DNA of 64,000 nucleotides. Origin: an uncultured Candidatus Saccharibacteria bacterium. Its GTDB lineage: Bacteria; Patescibacteriota; Minisyncoccia; Portnoybacterales; UBA2143. The notes below the pieces were generated by a model, which ran no database searches, was not told the DNA's origin, and saw nothing but the letters and a program-made list of their open reading frames with translations. The stretch is taken from contig CAZQUN010000001.1 of assembly GCA_964596615.1 (NCBI GenBank), forward strand, positions 1,750 to 65,749, in the 5' to 3' direction. Position numbers and translations under genes: made by a program. Below, one piece after another: positions 58,505 through 64,000 of this stretch (its first letter is position 1; the number at the start of each line of letters is the position of its first letter).

Positions 58505-59468
58505 CTTTTTTGAAAGGATAGAAGATTAATGAAAATCCTGCTCCCAAGGCAGTCAAAAAGCAAAAATATAAATCGAGAATAAAGAAAGGGAAAATTAAGT
58601 GAATTCTTCTTTCCTTAATTAGAAACCAATAAAATCCGTAGTTATACAAAAGATAAACAAGAAAAAATGAAAGAAGAAGATAGAAAAAAGAAGGAAGAAA
58701 AACCAAAACAAGGATTAAAGGAAAAATCATTGCCCCGATTAAAGTTTTAATCCCTCTTTCTTTGGTTGAATAAACCGGATCAAATTTCTTTCTTTTGATA
58801 AAAAGACGGATCCATTGCCAGCTTCTTTTTAGTGTTTTCTTTGTCAATTGTCTGAAGGTCTCAAAATGATGACCGACCAAAATATTCCTGGCGATATATA
58901 TTTTAATATTTTCCTTGGCCAAACGATAGCCAAATTCAAAATCCTCAACATCAGCCCCTTTGTATTTTTGATCAAAATATCCGAATCTATCAAAGATATT
59001 TCTTTTAACGGCTGAACGCTCGGTAGTAAAAGATGTCTGGTATTCTCCTGGCTGACTCCAAAGATAATATTTGTAATAGGCGATATACAATGGAGTTAAT
59101 CCTTTGTTCAGAGGAGTCTTATCTTTGACCATAATAATTCCATCGATTTCCGGTTTTTCCAAGAAAATTTCATTTAATTCCGAAAGGGCATTATTCTCTT
59201 TAAAAGTGACATCCGAGTCAACAAAGACAACGATTTCTCCTTGGGCTTTTTTAATGCCGACGTTTCTGGCTCCGGCTGGACCCAAATTCTTTTCCAAAAC
59301 AATCTGTTTAGCATTGTATTGATTAATAATTTCTTCGGTTTTATCAGTTGAAGCATCGTTGATTAGAATAACCTCAAAATCAGAAAAGTTCTGCCTCTTC
59401 ACAGAATCTAAACACTTTCCTATTGTTTTTTCAGCATTGTAAGCCGGGATAACAATTGAGAATTTCAT
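58497..59468 (-). CDS. GT2 glycosyltransferase with C-terminal TMs
   Basis: VIPAYNAE, NDASTD, GPAGARN, FVDSD, EDFEFGYR. Confidence 0.9.
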   Translation of the reverse strand: MKFSIVIPAYNAEKTIGKCLDSVKRQNFSDFEVILINDASTDKTEEIINQYNAKQIVLEKNLGPAGARNVGIKKAQGEIVVFVDSDVTFKENNALSELNEIFLEKPEIDGIIMVKDKTPLNKGLTPLYIAYYKYYLWSQPGEYQTSFTTERSAVKRNIFDRFGYFDQKYKGADVEDFEFGYRLAKENIKIYIARNILVGHHFETFRQLTKKTLKRSWQWIRLFIKRKKFDPVYSTKERGIKTLIGAMIFPLILVLVFLPSFFYLLLSFFLVYLLYNYGFYWFLIKERRIHLIFPFFILDLYFCFLTALGAGFSLIFYPFKKDE

Positions 59469-59469
59469 A

Positions 59470-61188
59470 TTACCTGATTAGATTTAAAAACCAGCTTTTA
59501 GTTTGAGAGGTTTCCGGCAAGGAGACCTCAATATTATCGGAAGCAATATTTTCAACCCGAGAATTATTTAAAATCTCTTTGGTTAATTCAGGAGAGTAGC
59601 CAAGAACATATTTAACATTGAACTTATCAAAAGCAGGCTGAAGATTTTTCTGCTCAATTAGCTTTTCTATTGTTTTGGGCGCGAAAATGACAATTGATTT
59701 TTCAGTCTGGTAAGCTATTTTCTCCCACTGAGTCCCTGGTATACCAGGGCTGCTTAAGGCAATAATTTCTTCATCTTTAATCTTAAATTTCTTTATTTCC
59801 CTAACATGGGTATCAGCAGCCAAATATTCTTCGTTGTCATAGATTCTCCCCCACAAGACATGATTACTTAGAACCAGATTGTACAAAACCAACAGAATCA
59901 ACAGGGCTCCCATTATTCTCTTTCCATTATCTCCCATTCGAAAATACTGGGATAGAATATTGATCAAGAATAATAAGCCGAGAGCAATGACCAAAGCAAT
60001 CCCCCAACTAAAATCCATCAAATGATTGCGGGTTCCCATGTAGACATAGGAAGCAAAAAACAGAAAGAAGACGATCCAAAAAACAAAAAACCAATATAAA
60101 TAACTGTGTTCTCTTTTCAAAAATAAAAATCCAAAGATAAAAAGCAGAAAAATAAATGGTCCGCCAATATCCTCAATGGCAAAGAAACGAAAACTATGCC
60201 TTAAGAAATTAACTGTTCCAACCTTTAATCTTCCCACCAACCCCGGACTTTTAAAAGCCTGGGTGGCAGATACTTTGATTGCTTCTATCTCTTCGAACAT
60301 TCCCAAGTCAGGAGAAACGACACTTAGCCTTAGATCGTTTAGAAAGTTCTCTCGGTCAAAATGATAGGTATAAGGGTCTGGGAAAATATGATGATAGAGA
60401 AAAAAATCGAAAAAATCAGTTCTTTCTTCAATATCGGCCTTAAGAGGTTGCGCATAATAATCTTTGCCAGAAAATATCTCTGGCAGCCAGAAAAGAGAAA
60501 CAATGATAATAAATGGAATAAAAGTATAAATTAGGCACTTTTTTTCTTTTCTGAACAACAGATAAAGAAAAAAGGCAGGGGCAGCTGTGAACATTGCCTC
60601 CTTGGCTATGCCAGTTAGAGCTAAAAAAATACCTGATAGAAAGATTAAAAAATATCTGTATTTAAATTCTGATTTCAGTCCGATAAAGAATAATAGTGAG
60701 AATAAAGAAAAGAAAAGAAGGCAAATTTCATAAGTTCCGAAATTATAAACAATATAATACCAATTAAAAGGCAAAAGAACATAGACAAGAGAAAAAAGAG
60801 CGGCTATTTTAAAATCAAAAAGATAATAAACTACAATAGTGAAAATAATTAAAGTCAAAACCAGAATAGCTATTGAAACAAAAATCAAATTATTGTATTC
60901 GGGTAAACCAGTAATCCTAAAAATCTGAGCCAGGACAACAGAAGTCAGCTTATTACCAACAATAGAATTCTGCGCCTGTTCTTTGACTAAAGAGGGCGCC
61001 AGAATAATATTAAGACTATTTTCTGTTCCATAGATGCCTTCTTGAAAGTAATTCCGAGCCAATAATAAAGAACCGCGCGAAACCGTAGCTGAATAACCCT
61101 TGAACATTGTTGGGGCATACCAGACCGAAACAGCAAAAACAGCAACCCCAGCCAAAAGAATAATGAATTTTAATTTTTCTTTAGACAT
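59470..61188 (-). CDS. Multi-pass membrane protein, probable GT-C (ArnT/PMT-like) glycosyltransferase
   Basis: More than 10 TMs with large extracellular loops, GIFLALTGIAKE motif; glycosylation-locus context. Confidence 0.6.
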   Translation of the reverse strand: MSKEKLKFIILLAGVAVFAVSVWYAPTMFKGYSATVSRGSLLLARNYFQEGIYGTENSLNIILAPSLVKEQAQNSIVGNKLTSVVLAQIFRITGLPEYNNLIFVSIAILVLTLIIFTIVVYYLFDFKIAALFSLVYVLLPFNWYYIVYNFGTYEICLLFFSLFSLLFFIGLKSEFKYRYFLIFLSGIFLALTGIAKEAMFTAAPAFFLYLLFRKEKKCLIYTFIPFIIIVSLFWLPEIFSGKDYYAQPLKADIEERTDFFDFFLYHHIFPDPYTYHFDRENFLNDLRLSVVSPDLGMFEEIEAIKVSATQAFKSPGLVGRLKVGTVNFLRHSFRFFAIEDIGGPFIFLLFIFGFLFLKREHSYLYWFFVFWIVFFLFFASYVYMGTRNHLMDFSWGIALVIALGLLFLINILSQYFRMGDNGKRIMGALLILLVLYNLVLSNHVLWGRIYDNEEYLAADTHVREIKKFKIKDEEIIALSSPGIPGTQWEKIAYQTEKSIVIFAPKTIEKLIEQKNLQPAFDKFNVKYVLGYSPELTKEILNNSRVENIASDNIEVSLPETSQTKSWFLNLIR

Positions 61189-62614
61189 TTTTTTTCTTTT
61201 TTCTTAAACTAACCTGATTACTAAAGAGCCAATAACTGAAAGCATCTTTAATTGAAGGTCGATAAAACCAAAAGGTCTGCCAGGCAAAAAACGAAGAATG
61301 AACAGTTTCAAAAAATATATTTCTTTTAAGCTTTATCAGCCGTCTAACAATTGGTTCTAGAAAATATATCTTTGAAAGGAGAGGAATAAAGAAAAGTAAA
61401 TTTTCCAATTCCTCTTTATTCTCTAGGTTAAAAGGAGAATAATATTGGCTATTTAAATCCATCTGATTTGGATCATAATCTTCATCCAGATATCCCTTTT
61501 CCTTAGCGTAATCTAAAAGATGAGTTCCTGGAAAGGGCTGGGCAAATCCAATCGCAACAAGATCTGCCTTAATCTTACTATTAATCTGAGCAGTCTTAAA
61601 TCCATCATCAATTGACTCTCCCGGCAAGCACATCATATTAAAGGTTTTTAATTTCAATCCCTTGCTTTTAATAATCTTGGAGGCTCTGATAATATCATCA
61701 TCCGAAACATTTTTTTTCAAAATCTCATTTCGCAAACGCTCGTTGCCGGTTTCAATACCCATAGTTACCCCCCTGCAACCAGCGCTTTTTAAAAGATCAA
61801 CAGTGCTCTCATCAATTAAATCAGCTCTTACCTGGGCAATAAACTCTAGATTAATTTTCTCTTTGTACTTCCGAGAGAATTCTTTTAGCCAATCTTTCTT
61901 CAGAATAAAGGTATCATCTGAGAAATATATTCTCTTCAGACCATAATTATCTCTAACCATTGATATTTCCTCTATCAAACTATCAACGCTTCGTAATCTG
62001 GTGTATTTGCCTTTTCCAGCATAAAGATTCTTGTAAGCCTGGTTAACACAGAAAATGCAATCAAAAGGGCATCCCCGGCCGGCAATAAAATTCTTAACAA
62101 TGCTTTTTCTAAGATAATCATACTTTTTGTAATAGAGATCCCTATCAGGCAAAGGCAAGGCATTCAAATCTTCAATTAATGGCCTTAATGGATTTTTAAT
62201 AATTCTATCTCCTTCTTTTATCCAAATGTTTTCTATTCTTTTAATATCTTCTTTTCTTTCCATTTTTTCCACTAATTCCAAGAGAGCCTCTTCTCCTTCA
62301 CCGATACAAATCATATCAATTCCGTCCTGATTTAAAACATTAGGAGAAAAAGTCGGATGAGGGCCACCCATAATAATTGGGATATCAAATCTTTTTTTAA
62401 TTATTCTGGCCTTTTCCAAGGCCCAGTTATGAATTGTTGTTGTACAGGAAAATCCTATCAAATCGGGCTTAATCTGCCCTATTTCTTCAATCAAATCTTG
62501 ATTGTTTGAAGGAACAATAAGGGAGGCCTCGAAGCCAGCCTTTTTCAAAACACTTGAAAGATGCATTAGCCCAAAAGAGACAAACCCCGAATAACTGACA
62601 AAGAGAATTTTCAT
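61181..62614 (-). CDS. Cobalamin-binding radical SAM protein 4
   Basis: GLMHLS, GGPHPT, GEGE, GRGCPFDCIFC, SDDTF, GIETG; start MKILF gives an ATGA overlap. Confidence 0.92.
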   Translation of the reverse strand: MKILFVSYSGFVSFGLMHLSSVLKKAGFEASLIVPSNNQDLIEEIGQIKPDLIGFSCTTTIHNWALEKARIIKKRFDIPIIMGGPHPTFSPNVLNQDGIDMICIGEGEEALLELVEKMERKEDIKRIENIWIKEGDRIIKNPLRPLIEDLNALPLPDRDLYYKKYDYLRKSIVKNFIAGRGCPFDCIFCVNQAYKNLYAGKGKYTRLRSVDSLIEEISMVRDNYGLKRIYFSDDTFILKKDWLKEFSRKYKEKINLEFIAQVRADLIDESTVDLLKSAGCRGVTMGIETGNERLRNEILKKNVSDDDIIRASKIIKSKGLKLKTFNMMCLPGESIDDGFKTAQINSKIKADLVAIGFAQPFPGTHLLDYAKEKGYLDEDYDPNQMDLNSQYYSPFNLENKEELENLLFFIPLLSKIYFLEPIVRRLIKLKRNIFFETVHSSFFAWQTFWFYRPSIKDAFSYWLFSNQVSLRKKKKNV

Positions 62615-64000
62615 TTGAGTATGTTGCATAGGACTAAAAGACCTCTCAGATAGCGCCTCCATTCCATTGGTCTAGAAATTTTTCTAATTATATACCCAGG
62701 CCTTAAATAGAACCGACGGTATGCCCTTGAGACAACCCTTTTTAATTCATCCTTGTTCTTGTATCCCTTGGGTAAAAATGGATGACCTGAAATATCAAAG
62801 GATTTATCATCAATTGATGATACCTCTCCCCATTTTTTTCCTTCTTTATCAAGAGCGGTAAAAGGAAAGGCAATCGTTGAATGGAACTGGACAAAATCAG
62901 GCTCCAACTTAATTAAATCATCAACAGTTTTCTCCGCTATTTCCGGGGTCTCGCCCGGCAAGCCCAGCATCATAGACATCCGGGTCTCTATTCCAGCTGC
63001 CTTGGTCAATTTAACCGCCTGGTAATTAAACTTCAATTCCATCTTCTTATTAATATTATCCAATAACTCCTGGGAAAAACTTTCGACTCCGTAAAGAATT
63101 GAAACACAACCTGCTTTTTTCATTAATTCAAGTATTTCTTTATCAACTAAATCAGTTCTAGTCTGACAAGACCAAATTATCCCTAGATTTTCTTTAATTA
63201 ACAACTGACACAAATTCTTAACCCAATTCCTATTAACCGTAAAATTCAAAGAACCAAAATTAATCTGTTTTGCCCCGTAATCCTTTTTAACCAGCTTTAT
63301 CTCTTCAATAATCTTTTCGGGAGAACGAACCCGATAATTTCTTCCACCAACAATATTTAAAAGACAAAAAGTGCAGTCATATGGACAACCCCGCGAAGTT
63401 AAAACATCAAGACAAGGTTCTTTAACTACAGTATGGGGTAATTTCCGGTAATATTCCATCTTAAGCAACTCTCTGCTGGCCATAGGCAAATCATCAAGAT
63501 TTATCGGTGGCCGGACTTCATTCTCAATAATTTCTTTTCCTTTTCTAAAAATCAGCCCCTTTATTAATTCTTTCTCTCTTCCATCAACAAGTTCTTTAAT
63601 TGTTTCTTCCGGATCGCCATAGGCGCTGGCATCTATCCTTGGATTATTCCTCATGACTGACCTGATTAATTCTTTGCTGTAACTTCCAAAAAGAACGACT
63701 TGGCTGTTTTTAAGAGTGTTAGCAATGCTAATCGCGCCTTCCAAGCCCCAGCGACATCTATCAAAAGGGGCAAAGAGAACAAAATCCGGAGAAAAATTAT
63801 CAACATCTTTCAGAATGCTTTCCAAATGCCTATCTTCAACCAGACAATCAAGGATTTTTACCTGGTGGCCGCTATTAATCAAAACCGGAGCAAGAGTAAC
63901 AGCCTCCAATGGAAAAAGAGTCGTTCTAAAATTCCTTTTGAAGGAATTCTTTTCTTTGGGCTCCTTTCTTTTTTCTGGAGCAATATTGGGCGGGGAAATG
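62611..64000 (-). CDS. Cobalamin-binding radical SAM protein 5 (start lies beyond the window edge)
   Basis: Frame is open to 64000 (ISPPNIAPE...); SRGCPYDCTFC, GVES; B12-domain motifs are diverged (FGSY, GDPE). Confidence 0.85.
   Translation of the reverse strand, partial: ISPPNIAPEKRKEPKEKNSFKRNFRTTLFPLEAVTLAPVLINSGHQVKILDCLVEDRHLESILKDVDNFSPDFVLFAPFDRCRWGLEGAISIANTLKNSQVVLFGSYSKELIRSVMRNNPRIDASAYGDPEETIKELVDGREKELIKGLIFRKGKEIIENEVRPPINLDDLPMASRELLKMEYYRKLPHTVVKEPCLDVLTSRGCPYDCTFCLLNIVGGRNYRVRSPEKIIEEIKLVKKDYGAKQINFGSLNFTVNRNWVKNLCQLLIKENLGIIWSCQTRTDLVDKEILELMKKAGCVSILYGVESFSQELLDNINKKMELKFNYQAVKLTKAAGIETRMSMMLGLPGETPEIAEKTVDDLIKLEPDFVQFHSTIAFPFTALDKEGKKWGEVSSIDDKSFDISGHPFLPKGYKNKDELKRVVSRAYRRFYLRPGYIIRKISRPMEWRRYLRGLLVLCNILK

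Noticed and set aside
44673-64000. RiPP or hopanoid biosynthesis as the function of the radical SAM cluster
   Set aside because: No precursor peptide, RRE/PqqD, peptidase-exporter or squalene-hopene cyclase in the window; the neighbours are glycosylation genes. It cannot be fully excluded beyond the window edge.

Overview
An AT-rich bacterial chromosome segment, most likely Patescibacteria/CPR (Parcubacteria-like). This assignment is an inference from the short ProRS/AlaRS/SecA, the FtsA-like + baseplate-J-like pair, the VirD4/TraD-like ATPase pair and the sigma4-HTH protein. Bases 1-44.6 kb are almost all minus-strand housekeeping genes: tgt, mutM, two mreB, proS, rseP, frr, holB, murA, infA-rpmJ-rpsM-rpsK-rpsD-rpoA-rplQ-rplM-rpsI, alaS, secDF, secA, hpf and murB. 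Many of their operons appear to be transcribed leaderless, with a -10 box exactly 6 nt before the start codon. Between them sit small ORFan cassettes, typically with their own sigma70 promoter, a Shine-Dalgarno leader and a terminator. Two adjacent cassettes at 36.0-37.5 kb share an identical 63-bp promoter block and related terminators but carry unrelated genes. From 44.7 kb to the end is a roughly 19-kb glycosylation locus in two convergent arms. It encodes five cobalamin-binding radical SAM enzymes, two SPASM/twitch radical SAM enzymes, three class I methyltransferases, a nitroreductase, a deacetylase, three GT2s, a flippase-like protein, a GT-C-like membrane protein and a priming sugar-phosphate transferase. 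This is the best candidate for an undescribed pathway. I recognised no rRNA, tRNA, CRISPR array or transposase. All family assignments come from reading motifs by eye; no searches were run.
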